A program made the position numbers and the translations under genes. 64,000 nucleotides of DNA from Phoronis australis (lineage: Eukaryota; Animalia; Phoronida), in the NCBI GenBank assembly GCA_002633005.1, contig NMRA01000184.1, positions 437,255 to 501,254 of the forward strand, in the 5' to 3' direction. Below are positions 52,530 through 64,000 of this stretch, piece by piece (the first letter of the stretch is position 1; each line of letters opens with the position of its first letter). The notes under the pieces are model-generated. The model worked only from the letters and a program-made list of their open reading frames with translations. It did not search any database and had not been told where the DNA came from.

Positions 52530-53042
52530 GGTTATACGGCCCTAGAAAAATTACAAATTTGGCCAACTTCTGAATATCATATCTGATAATCTCAGAGATG
52601 ACAGATTGGATTCACGTGAAACATTGAGATACTATGCTTTAAGCATTCTTCTCCAAAATGCTGTTAGGAATCGCTTTTAAAACATTCCACGTTAGTAAGA
52701 AGGGCTATCAAAAATGGACTTTCATGATTTTAATAAAAAACTCAAAAGCTATACAAAATGAAGTGATAATTAAGAAAGCTGTACCGGGATTTTTGAGATT
52801 TCATCCTGAACAATGACATCAAATGACATAACTGTTCAGCTTTCGATGTACCTTCCTTTTTTCCTAAATTTTACTAAAAACTTGGTCAAGTTACCTAATG
52901 AATGTCAGATTGGTATAAAGTCAAAAATCAAATTCTACTAGCTATCTCCTTTCAGAAAATGTATATTTTTACTGGGATAAAATCTATAGTTTTGTTGTTA
53001 TGTCTAAATGCACAAACTATGTCGATAAGGTCCACCATAACC
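52530..53042 (+). mobile_element. About 500-bp TTAA-type (Kolobok-like) non-autonomous element, reference copy of a six-copy family
   Basis: Ends GGTTATACGGCCCT / AGGTCCACCATAACC with near-TTAA flanks. Shared motifs CTCCAAAAxGCTGT, TTTTGAGATTT.ATC, CTTTCAGAAAAT. The Kolobok assignment is inferred from TTAA flanks and purine-purine ends. Confidence 0.65.
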
Positions 53043-54221
53043 TAAAAAATGCCAGTGTCCTTGTGAACTCCCGTCTCATGACCAGTTAAGCTCCCAGAAT
53101 GGACTTAATATGCTTTCTTCTGGGTAACAAACAGTCAGGTTTTGGTAGCGTTACGCACCCGCTCTGTGGAATGAGTCCCGACTGCCTGCTCGCCTGGCGC
53201 TAACTGATATTTGAAAAAACTATTTGCAAACGACTTTCAACAAATGTCATGAAGCAGATGTGTTTTGTATGAAATACTTTCACCAACAAACTTTGAGGAG
53301 AAAAAAGAATGACTTTCAGAGAAATTACCTGTTGATTCCTTTGTGTGACTGTAAGCTCTGACCACCTTAACCACAGTATAGTGTACCAACACAAAAGGCT
53401 TGCTTGACAAGTTTAATGGTGCATGATTCTATATTAGATTGTGATAGTGGAAGTTTCTTGATTTTTACACTCCAGGAGAATGGTAGGTAATGGTACTTTG
53501 TCCTATTCAGAGGAGAATATACCAACTTATTGACTGAAGGAGACATGAACTGGTTGTATGGCAAATGCTTATTCTAATATGAGCTTGCTTGTGTGTGAAA
53601 AATTGTGCAGGTATTTGAGTCAGCAAATCTACCATTCAGGCAAACATAACATCCATTCCTGACTTCTCAAACATTTCATTTTAAGCAGCCATGCTTGACT
53701 TCATAGCAGGCACCCCTTGATTATTGAACTTCCTAATTTAAGTGTCCTGAGTTTTCATGAGTACCATATATCAGAATTCCAAAGACTGTTATTGTCAATG
53801 GAATTGACTTTTTATTACTACAACTAAATAAACCAGTCACATATGAACAGAAACTGTAGTCGAAGGTATTGAAAATAATGTTTTTAACTTTCGTCACGGG
53901 TTCTCACAAGAGTACCATAATCACCACAACAAATTGTAGCATCGAAACATAATTACGAGAGCCAAAAAATAGTAAACTATCTTCATTCAGGATTCAGTAC
54001 GAAACATTGGACTCATCATAAATGGAATTTTTACCATGCACATGAGAAACCAAAAGAAAATTTAGGTAATCTTTTTTTCTAAATTATACTCAAGCTTGGT
54101 AATTGATGGCGCCCTTTAATGCTTTTTTTACCTTCAGTAGGAATTAGTGTTGCAATGATCCGATGACCAAATGTAACTGGCATCCTCGTTAAAGGAAACG
54201 TCAAATCAAAAGTGATTCCAA

Positions 54222-54717
54222 CAGGGCTTGGAATGACCAATGACAAAAAACGCGGAAACTTTTACAGCCCAAATCATGCCCGGTAACAAGCCTTTGAAAT
54301 GGTCTATGAGAACCTTTCCGCGACAAAAATCGGGAGGACTTAAAAAAAAAACAAAAAACGTTACCACCATCAGTAGCATGCGTCTGCGTCCTTTTCGCTC
54401 GCCCGTCCACTCCCAACCCACACAAATTTGGCGGTAGTATTTGTTGCCGCGCTTAGCAATAACACGAGCCGCCATTGAAAATCACACCACGCTTTACCCA
54501 GATGCCCTGGCAATGTTGACAATTTACGTTCCTCCGGAACATAAAGACTTCCGCTTTCCGAGGTGAACGTCGTCTGCAACGCCGCGGTAAGAAAGGAATT
54601 TGCCGCGGAAATTTCATATCAAATCCGATTTTTTTACGCGGAAATATTATAAAAAAAGCGGAAAGCACATTTCAAAAAAGCGGAAATCCGCGTTTCCGCG
54701 GAAAATTCCAAGCCCTG
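54222..54717. mobile_element. CAGGG-ended MITE with 6-bp TSD TTCCAA
   Basis: Perfect 13-bp TIR CAGGGCTTGGAAT; TTCCAA at 54216-54221 and 54718-54723; many subterminal GCGGAA motifs; CpG-rich. Confidence 0.8.
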
Positions 54718-57320
54718 TTCCAAGACAATAAAATCGATTCCAAGACCTTACTAAAAATTTTAAAATTCACGGATATGAGGTGAGGTCTATTCGACCACAT
54801 GAAAATGTTTGTCAAGCATTGCAAAATTTTTTTTAAAAACTCTTGTGAACGAGTGAAGTCACCTCGGTTGCATGTAAATCTTCACGTGGCATTAGGTAGA
54901 GCAGCATCATCTATTTATGGCCCAAGAAACAGACATCAGCGTTCTGATGCATCTCATTACCTATCATACCTAACAGCCTCAATCAATGACTTCAGGGCCT
55001 AGTCAGTGAAAATGTCGTTCAAAACCGATTCAAAATCAAGCCTTTCCTATTAATCAAACCTGAAAAATGTTCGATTCCCACACTAATTGGAACTGTAGTT
55101 AAATAGTTGCGAAAATCGAATTAAGTCTTTTACTCGTATAAAATCGATCGCATACGTAATATTCCATACCAAGATAGGGTTTCATTTCTGTTAACAACAA
55201 GAACATAGAAACCATCAGACTCGAGAAAATGTTCCAAAGTATTTTGGGATTGGTCAGCCATAGAATTGCAAATTTGAAAATGGCGCATATATGCAGTGCC
55301 TGTGACTGAGTTGGTAATGGAAATGGAATCCAGTCACGGTTTGGAATTTCATGAGACCGATTTTATGTAAAGTAAAAGGACTAATTTGATTTTCATTTTC
55401 TTGCCACCAAATGAGGGCAAAAATGCTGCTTGAACATACGAGAAAGGTCGATAATTGAAGAAGAAACTGCCAGTCGTGATTAAAAAACACATTTGTTAGC
55501 ACTCTTAAATAGCCATGATCTAATAAACTCCTTCTAAGGACAGACATTCTAGGTTACAAGATGATCTAAATAATTGATAAAAGGGTTAATCTTTAATGCG
55601 TAGCTGGAATAGGACACAAAAAATATACAAAACAAAAAGCATGCAAAGATTTCAATTTTTAATCATAAATATTGGTTCTAAAAATGGGTTGTCACGAACT
55701 ATACAATATAGACTGAAAAATACAAATAAGTTGATTTCTCAAGTTAATTTAAGCATTTTACAGATACCAGTTCAACTTTTGGCAACATAACAGCGAGCCA
55801 TATTATCAATAAAGTAAAAATCCATTACAAAAATGCTAAATTTAGTTGATGCAGATAGTTGTTGTTTTCCTGCTGCTTCTTGACAGACCATCAGGAATAG
55901 GCTAGGTTTGTTTGTGCAGATCTGTCAATCAAGTCAAATCTCGTGACAAACTTTCTCACAATACAAAGCCCTATTGCTTGTCAACCCAGTGAATCAGCTG
56001 CCAACTAGTATCGTTTTCAAGTTTTGATAATTTTTATTCATACTTACACCGTATCAAACTGTGACAGCATACAAGGCTCAGTCCCCAATCCCGTACAAGC
56101 TGAGCTCCCCCATAGGCGAAGATTCTCAATTTTGCTGACTCAAGAGAGCTCACGTGAATAAGAAAGCCAGCCACAAGGTGACTAAAACTTCATAAATTTG
56201 TGGAAAATCCTATATGAATTCTGACATTGCATCACACAACAGCTACTGCATATTTCCAATTAGTTTCATACCATTGATTTCAAGATAAATCATGGTTCCC
56301 AGTGAAGCGCTCACAGGTGACCTGCTGACCTAGATTTCACTCTGTCTCGTGATCGTCATTGAATAACGCATTTCAAATTTCAGTGTAGAAATATGCTAAT
56401 TAGTTTCACCACTCTGACAAATTTTGAGATACTTGAAAAATTACACAAAAGGATAAAACTGTTAAGCATAGTTTGGAATTTATATATTCGTTGGCAGGAC
56501 AAGAACATAGCAACCTACAATGATTCGGGATGTGCCCAGACCCTGAGAGCAACATGCACAAACGCAATTTTATGAGTACACCCAAAATGACTTGGGGTGT
56601 ACCCAAGCCAAACTAGATCAAGTCAAATCATGCAAGGCCATTCACGTATACCCTAAACTCGACATGACTGTGAGCTCTTTCACAAGGCTACCTGACACCC
56701 TGCACAATTTATTTTTCTTGTTAATTGTTCATTTCCATGATAAAAGTTCATTTGAAATAATAACATGTTTAGAGAACAAAAGTGCGTGTTCTACTGTATT
56801 CACAAAACTGAACTTTTCAGCAAATGGTGTTTGAGCAAGACTCCAAACTATGGAACACAATATCTCACGAAAAAGACTTCACCCAATTTTAGCAGCATTT
56901 GAATTTTCTGACAGCACCATCCCTAAATATGAAAACTACGTTTTAGGATATTTCATTAGTTTTTATTATTTGTATATTAGAAATAACATTCGAAGTCATA
57001 TTACTTTAAAAAAAGCTGAACAATGAATGGTTCAATTGATGGAAAATCTCAGACGCATTTTTTGAGCATTTCCATCTCAGTTTTGACGAATGCTTAAAGA
57101 ATGCCAGTCAAAGAATATTTCCCTATCAATACACCATGCAAAATACCATTTAACCACAAAATGCAGTCACATGACCACAACAATAGCAGTTTTGATGTCA
57201 GGAATAGATTGGTTAAAAAATATATAGACCTACCAAAGATTAATTTCTACACATTTTAATTGGGGGTACTGATCACTTTCACGTGAAGCCCTGGCTGTTT
57301 TACATTTACTTTAGATTCGA

Positions 57321-57731
57321 GTCACATTTCCGTTAGAGGTGAAATTTCACTTTTACCAAAGTTTCAAAAAGTGGGAAAGGTTGAAAGGTTAACTCCGGTA
57401 GTTTATCTGCAAGTGAAACTTCACTGAAAACAGTAGGAATTAAGCACAAAGCTTCGGCACTCACCGAAACTTCGGTATAATGGGAAAGGTCGGAGTGAAA
57501 CTTTGTCGAAGTTAACGGTAGAGCTCACAGCAACGATATATAATCACCAATCAAGCGAGACTCGCAAAACGTGTTCTTTGTTATTGCAGCGCAGCCGACA
57601 TATTCTCAATAGACACACTGCGTCGTCTGGTATCTTAGCGATAACTTCGATGTCGCTGTCTTAAGTGGGAAAGGTAAGCTAAGTTTTAGCGAAGCTTTGG
57701 TAAATCGAAGTTCTCCTAATGGGAAAGTGAC
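57321..57731. mobile_element. MITE with internal GGGAAAGGT repeats
   Basis: Imperfect TIR GTCACATTTCCGTTAG / CTAATGGGAAAGTGAC; GGGAAAG motif repeated 4 times; GAAACTT/CGAAG motifs. Confidence 0.6.
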
Positions 57732-58609
57732 ATCAAACTCAGGCTTCATGTTTCTAACATTTTTTTATCTAAGCAGTAGTGAGCTTAGAAAAAAATTACA
57801 GTCAACTCAGCTTTATTCATGATTGATAGGTCAACTTAAGGTTTTGAAACAAATTCAATTCTCCAGAAAGAATATACTTCAAAATTACTGAATGAGAGAA
57901 TACGGATAGTGTAATCTTTATCTAAGCCAAGAGAGATCTCACCTGTAGACAGTTCTAGCTAATTCATAAGACAAGTAGTTTGGCAAAACATAAAATTGAA
58001 GTAAATTATCCTTTTCATAAAATTGATAAAAAATCCATGACTTGATAGGTATGTAGGTTAGTCAATGTCTATACATCAGGATCATCATATCTGGTGTCAC
58101 ACTCATCTGACTGTCTAGAGGAGTATAAGAAGTCACAAAGTCATTTCTTTGAATGGTGGCAGATCACTCAACAGATAGGAACAAGACCGATATTTTCAGA
58201 AACGTTAAGCCAAACTTAGATGGATACATCAAGGTGTCAAAATTTCACTTTAATTGGGGACCAGGTTACTCTAAATGCCAATCCGCACATTAAAAGATCT
58301 CTCTGCCATGTAACCATGGAGTGACAGTGTAGAAACAATCCACTGCATAGTGCGAACACAACATCACAGTTGTAGAGTCGTCACTGCAACCAATCATCAC
58401 TTAAAGCAGATATTCTGCCACAAAACAAGACTAGTTAGTGCGCATGCATATCAATAATTCATCAGACTTTTGCATAGTTTGAAAAGCTACGTACAAGACT
58501 TGACATTAAGGACTGTCCCATTGTCAGGGACAATGAAAAATTAGGCGTGGACAAGTTGAATTTCTAATTGGTTGTCCGAATGGACAACTTCAAATTTTTT
58601 TATCTTATG

Positions 58610-59102
58610 TAAGATCTACGAAAAACAGACAAATTTGACTGACTTTGGAGCATCATCTCTCAGATTTATTATGAATTTTTCAGATACCGTGCTTCATGCA
58701 GTTTTCCAAAATGCTGTCAAGAAAAACTTTCAAAATTTTCCTCTTATGCATGAGCTATAAAATAGGGCTTTTATCATTTTCATGAAAAACTCAAAAGTTT
58801 AATAAAATAAAAAACCTAAACAGCATTTTTGAGATTTAATCTTGAACATTTTTACCGTACCAAATTAAAGTCATGCTATTGATACTATTGTTTTGCTATG
58901 AATGTACCTTTCTTTTTGCAAATGTCTACTAAAAGACATGGTTTTGCAGCCCAATTAATAGCAGTTTGATAAAAAGTTAAAAAAAAACAGAATTCTACAG
59001 GCATTCTACTTTCAGAAAATGTATACTTTTACCGATTTAAAAACAATACTTTGGTAGACATTTGGCTAAATTCACCAACAAATCATAAGGTCCTACATTA
59101 CC
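58610..59102 (+). mobile_element. Copy of the about 500-bp TTAA-type family
   Basis: CCAAAATGCTGTC, CATGAAAAACTCAAAAG, CTTTCAGAAAATGTATA; ends ATAAGGTCCTACATTACC. Left edge approximate. Confidence 0.6.
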
Positions 59103-60612
59103 TTCAATGCACACATGCACACAATACTTTCTTTAACCCCTTTGTAACATAAAAATCGTTAAAAGACTTTGAAGTGACTCACTTGCAAGACGCTGGGGAA
59201 CCCAACTTTAACAGGGATGGGTGGGATTTCAGTCACTCAATGTCGCAATTAAAGGGAACTAGCGCAATTTGGCACTCAACTGCAGTGACCACTTAGAACA
59301 GCCGCGACAAAACACAAAAAAATCAAAGTGAACCTGTTAACAGGATTGTAGGATTTGATACGCCTATTAAAAATTGCAGTAAATATTTGACATTCTCATC
59401 TATTAAAACATTGATGACTTGGGTATTTTTTTGATTCCTTTTCTACTCCGCACTGTGTTTAAATGCAACAAGTTCAGTAACCAAGTATTTCATAAGCATT
59501 TGTGCCAGTGGCCCAGTGAGACCTCAGCTTATAAAGGTGAAAAATATAAAAAGAATATGAAAAGGAAACGCGAAGCTGTCCCCAAGTGGCTGGAGGATTT
59601 CTGTGGAGGAGATGACCTCATTTTACCTAACTGTAAAATAAAATGTAACAGCAGCGCTTAATATATTTTGTTCAAACTACAAATAGTTATTTATTCCTTC
59701 AAATTTTTGGACAAGCTCATTTTGGATTCGAACAATTTGAATTGAAGTAGTCATCCAAATAAACAACCAGTCAAAATGGTTAATGTTGATGCCTGGCGTA
59801 CTACCCAAGTCAGTTTTCGTTACGTTGAGCACGTCATGCTAACAACTAAGTCACAGTATAGCAGTAGTGCTGCACCTACCCCTTGTTGCAGCAATGAACC
59901 ATTGCAGCTGCTTTGCAGAGAAATCGCTAAGTGCAGACAGGCCTCTTTGCATGCTACTCAACAGACTAATCAGATAACTGTACAAGCATGTATCAGTAAC
60001 AAGAAAGTTAGTAAGGCACGTAGGCCATGATATGATGTCACACCAACCCAACTGCTAAAATAGACAGACATGTACAAATTGATTAATTAATAATTTAAAC
60101 CTCTTCAAGTGATTTTGTTACATAAAGTTGTTTCACAATACGTTGAAAATTTTAGGAGCTCAAGGAATTCTATAGCACTTACCTGGTACGTACCAACTTC
60201 AAATTTGAAACACTTTTTTGGAGAGTGAACAGTGACACGTTGGCTTATAGGGTCCATCAGCAGGGAAATGGTGGTTTTGGGTTAAAAACTGCCAGTTTTG
60301 TGTTTTTTGCCCTCTTCTTTTCTACCCTAGTACATTGTTTTACAGTAGGAGTGAAAGGGTCAAAAATACAAAACGGGATAAAGTTTCTGTGCTCATCTGT
60401 AGCCCTTTTGATTTGAAATAACGTTAAAATTTTCATTTCTTGCATATGGTTTTCAGCAGAGATAACAAAAATGTGACTGACAAGTCCATTGATGTGTGGT
60501 CTTCTATGCAAACCTAGTGAAAACTGTTCTCTGCCCATGTTGTAGCCTTTAAGTTAATATTACACTGAAAAGGTCACAGTTGTTGGTCTACCAAGACACT
60601 ACCAAACTTTAA

Positions 60613-61142
60613 TGTTGAGTAGGACCTTAGAAAAATGTCCAGTTTAGGCCAACTTTGAAACATACCAGTCTTTTTGCTGACTAGATTCACATGAAAGCTT
60701 CGGATGCTGTTTTGTACACTGTTCTCCAAAACGCTGTCAGGAATTATTGTTTTTAAAATATTTCACTCGTGCATGAGAGGCTATCAAAAATAGGACTAGC
60801 ACGATTCTTTTGAAAAAAGTTCAAGTTACATAAAACAAAAACGAGAAAATAATTCAGAAAACCGTAATAGCGGTTTTGAGATTTTATCTTGAACAATTAT
60901 ATCATTTGGAATTTGGTCATGTTATTGATCTTGTTTTTACTATGGGTGTACTTTACTTTTTTCAAACTTTCCTAAAAAGCTAGATTGTGTGACCTAATTA
61001 GTGGCACATTCCTATCAAGACAACCATCAAATTCCACGCAATTTCTATTTTCAGAAAATACATACTTTCACTTGGTTAAATTCTATGGTTTTGAAGATAT
61101 TTGGCGAAATGTACAGCCTTGTTGATAAGGTCATACTGAAGC
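60613..61142 (+). mobile_element. Copy of the about 500-bp TTAA-type family
   Basis: TTAA at 60609-60612, GGACCTTAGAAAAA, CTCCAAAACGCTGTC, TTTCAGAAAAT, GATAAGGTC. Confidence 0.6.
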
Positions 61143-64000
61143 TAACTAACAGCCCCTCCTCCACACAGAACTTGATGCTTCACTAAATATGAATGGGTAA
61201 ACCTGCAAAACAACTGTGATGGAGCTCTTGACCTATTCATGATCTTATCTTTGAATGTAAGTGACCATAGGGCTTTTCTATGGCCACAAATTTTCATCCC
61301 TGGATAGAAAGGTGTTAAAATGATGTACAAGTAGGACTGAAGCCTGCTGTCCGCATTAAACGGAATATTTAGGTGGCGCTGAACGCCTGTCCACCGAAGA
61401 CCTGATCGCTGTCAGGTGGGATAGCCAATTTACATACAGTGCAACTATTTTGAAAATCAGCTACTCAGTATTCTGGCCTTGGGGTGAGCAGTCCGTTCTG
61501 ATATGGTTCATTTGAGGAAGACACTCGCCTTCTAGCTATCTGTCTGCGCTGGCCCTTACAGGTAGAATGGTGAATATTTGAATAAAATACATGTGCTGTT
61601 ATGAACAAAGACACCTGCTGATTGCTCTCACTATACCAAAGTAAACCTTTTATAAAGCACTAAAGCATTCACCTCATGTTGCTTAAATCTACTTGTTAAC
61701 TGCAGAGTTAACTAGTGATTTCAACTTCCATCCAAAACCGAACTTAGCCTATCTTATTGACCAACACTTTCCAAAAGGTCGACACACTGATGTTGGTGTG
61801 AAATATTTTTTAAATCAAAACCTATGTCATCTTACCCACGAGGAATGAATTCAGTTAAAACTTTCACAGGGCAAAATGTCCTTATGAAGCAAAAGCAAGA
61901 GAGTCAGCATGACATCATGACAAGAGTATTCTGCAAGCATTTCCTGGTGAAATACTAAAGTAAATGATGTTATAGCATACTACGAGTGTGGCTTAAATGC
62001 TTTTCCTTACGTTCACGTGAAAGGCATAACAGCGGTGGACTTTTAATCCGTTGTAAATTTAACGACATTCTCACATGCAAACAAGGTTACCTAAACAGTG
62101 CATACATGGTAAGCAATGTGCTGAATCTGCAAAACATGTTCTCAGAGCCCGCTGCTTCACCCACAGCCAGCATCCACGAGGAGAATGACTCATTTAGGAC
62201 ACTACATAACAACAAGTTGGTATCAGTCAAGCCTGTTCAAAATGAATGCATAGCAATAGTTGTGATATCTATACAATCACATAATTGGGTTATTTTAGCT
62301 GAAAATTATCAACAAACTAGGGGGAAATTATAACAAGTAATGAAATCGCCCCATAAACCCACCTTCCATCACAAAAAAACAACTTTTAACATTGATCACT
62401 TATGAAATTGGTCTCAAACTGCTCTTTAGTCAAATAGAGGTGGTTTTGTGGCTTCAAAAGAGCTGACAAATCACTAGTCCGCGATACCAGGCTCTACAAC
62501 CGGGCTTGTCGTGACTTTTCATTTCGTGCGCCGAGGAATAATGAGCCACCAGTTCTACTAGAAGCCAGAAATCACTTCTTGTCTGAATAAGGAACAAGTT
62601 GAGACCAATTTTATAGCGACACCTAGTGGTCTCAAGCAAAGGGTCACTTCTTTGACACCAACATAGGTTTACAACCACTCACACGACCAACTGCAAAATG
62701 TGTGCACAACACAAAACATGCTCCAATCTGACAAAACAAATGTTTAGATATTAAACAAAATAATTTAACAAAACGGAATGAAGCATTTTATCCACCCATT
62801 CACCCATGTCAGCGAAGTGCAAGAAGGGCACTGGGCCTATTTTTTGTTAATAAAAAGTATTTTAACAGTTTACACCTCAGAAAAAAAAGCTCATCAACTG
62901 AGATAAAATCTTGCCAATTTAGGACACAGTATGGCGGACTAAGTGAAATTTTATTTTCTCATTTTGTTATAAAAGATATGTAGCACCAAATTAATGGTTT
63001 AACGTGTTGAAGTTCTGCACCGTAGCTACCATCAGAAAATGTTTTGAAAAAAAGTACCAGTAGACAGTCACAACTATGTTGGAGTCCTTGACATATATAA
63101 AAGGGGTATGGATAATTCTTGCAGTTATTTTTGTTGGTAATAAGTGAGATTTTAACGTGACACTCACACTAATCAGTTCGAGTAGGCACAATGTAATTAC
63201 CACCATTCAGACCATCGGTACTATCTAGTGACTAGTAATCCAATTTCGTTCCACAGCGTATTACTCTTGCTAATGAAGACGCACTAACTTCATCAACTTT
63301 CACAGCAAATATTAATATCTAGGCCTGAGATGGCTGTTAAACCACTTTTGAAGAGCTAGGTAGGGCAGAAACCATAACATTCAACATCAATGAAATTGAG
63401 ATGTGTTACCTTTAAGAGCATCAATGGAAGGGCACTATAGGCAGTGGCTTGAGATAAGTCATTTCATAAGCAAATAAGGAAATTTTGGATTTTTGGTACA
63501 AGTTCAGTGTATTAATTCCAAAAGTGAACACGCAAACTCCCAACAATGTAGACATAGACTTACAAACACATATTCAGTACATGAGTTTTTTAATACCAGT
63601 CCAGTTGGAATTTTCTGTTGTGGGGAACATTGAAACGACCTGAAAATAAACTTTTTGTGAAACTCCTTGCTTTCAAATTTGTTAAGGATTAAAGGTAAAG
63701 TTATTATTTCCACTGTTTTTGCCTCAAAATATGCAGCTGTTGAAAAGAAATGCATTGTAAGGCCAGGCAAAAAATAAGCAATGTTTATAATCCCATCCGC
63801 GCTTAAAAATCTGTAAACTTGTGTCAGAAAGTTTGAAAGCATAGCACTTTCTAAGATGTTCATAGCATTGGTAGCTAGTGTAATCACAAAGTCAACCTTG
63901 CAAGTCAATCCACACATTCCATACAAAGTCATGGAAAAAAAACAAGTCATTTGAACAGTATCACGTGTCCCTGCCGTGCTTTTCAGTTATTTTTGAACAT

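Noticed and set aside
54201-54668. Cluster of overlapping short ORFs
   Set aside because: By-product of the GC-richer MITE; no transposase motifs.
60176-60540. Minus-strand donor CAG|GTAAGT as the missing upstream coding exon
   Set aside because: The phase-1 frame needed to join 44521 has a TGA a few codons upstream.

Overview
AT-rich, CpG-poor eukaryotic (invertebrate animal-like) genomic DNA. Almost all ORFs in the supplied track look spurious. The main gene is on the minus strand: three phase-compatible GT-AG exons (44521-43929, 28471-28188, 24084-23913), each encoding one matrin-type C2H2 zinc finger, most similar to ZMAT3/Wig-1 (ZMAT3/4-ZNF385 family). Its 5' coding exon(s) were not found and are probably outside the window. 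Inside its 15.5-kb intron, on the opposite strand and missing from the ORF track, is a spliced gene (30505-30571 + 35285-35496). It encodes a 92-aa secreted, cationic, 8-Cys peptide with a divergent CBM14/peritrophin-A chitin-binding domain. The rest is intron or intergenic DNA dense in non-autonomous DNA transposons: a 1.4-kb CAC...GTG element with a 5-bp TSD (Transib/RAG-like signature), a 1.4-kb TA-flanked Tc1/mariner-type element, two unrelated CAGGG-ended MITEs with 6-bp TSDs, Harbinger-like MITEs, a six-copy TTAA/Kolobok-like family and a Penelope GIY-YIG remnant. There is also a possible decayed membrane-protein pseudogene. All calls are by eye; no database searches were run.
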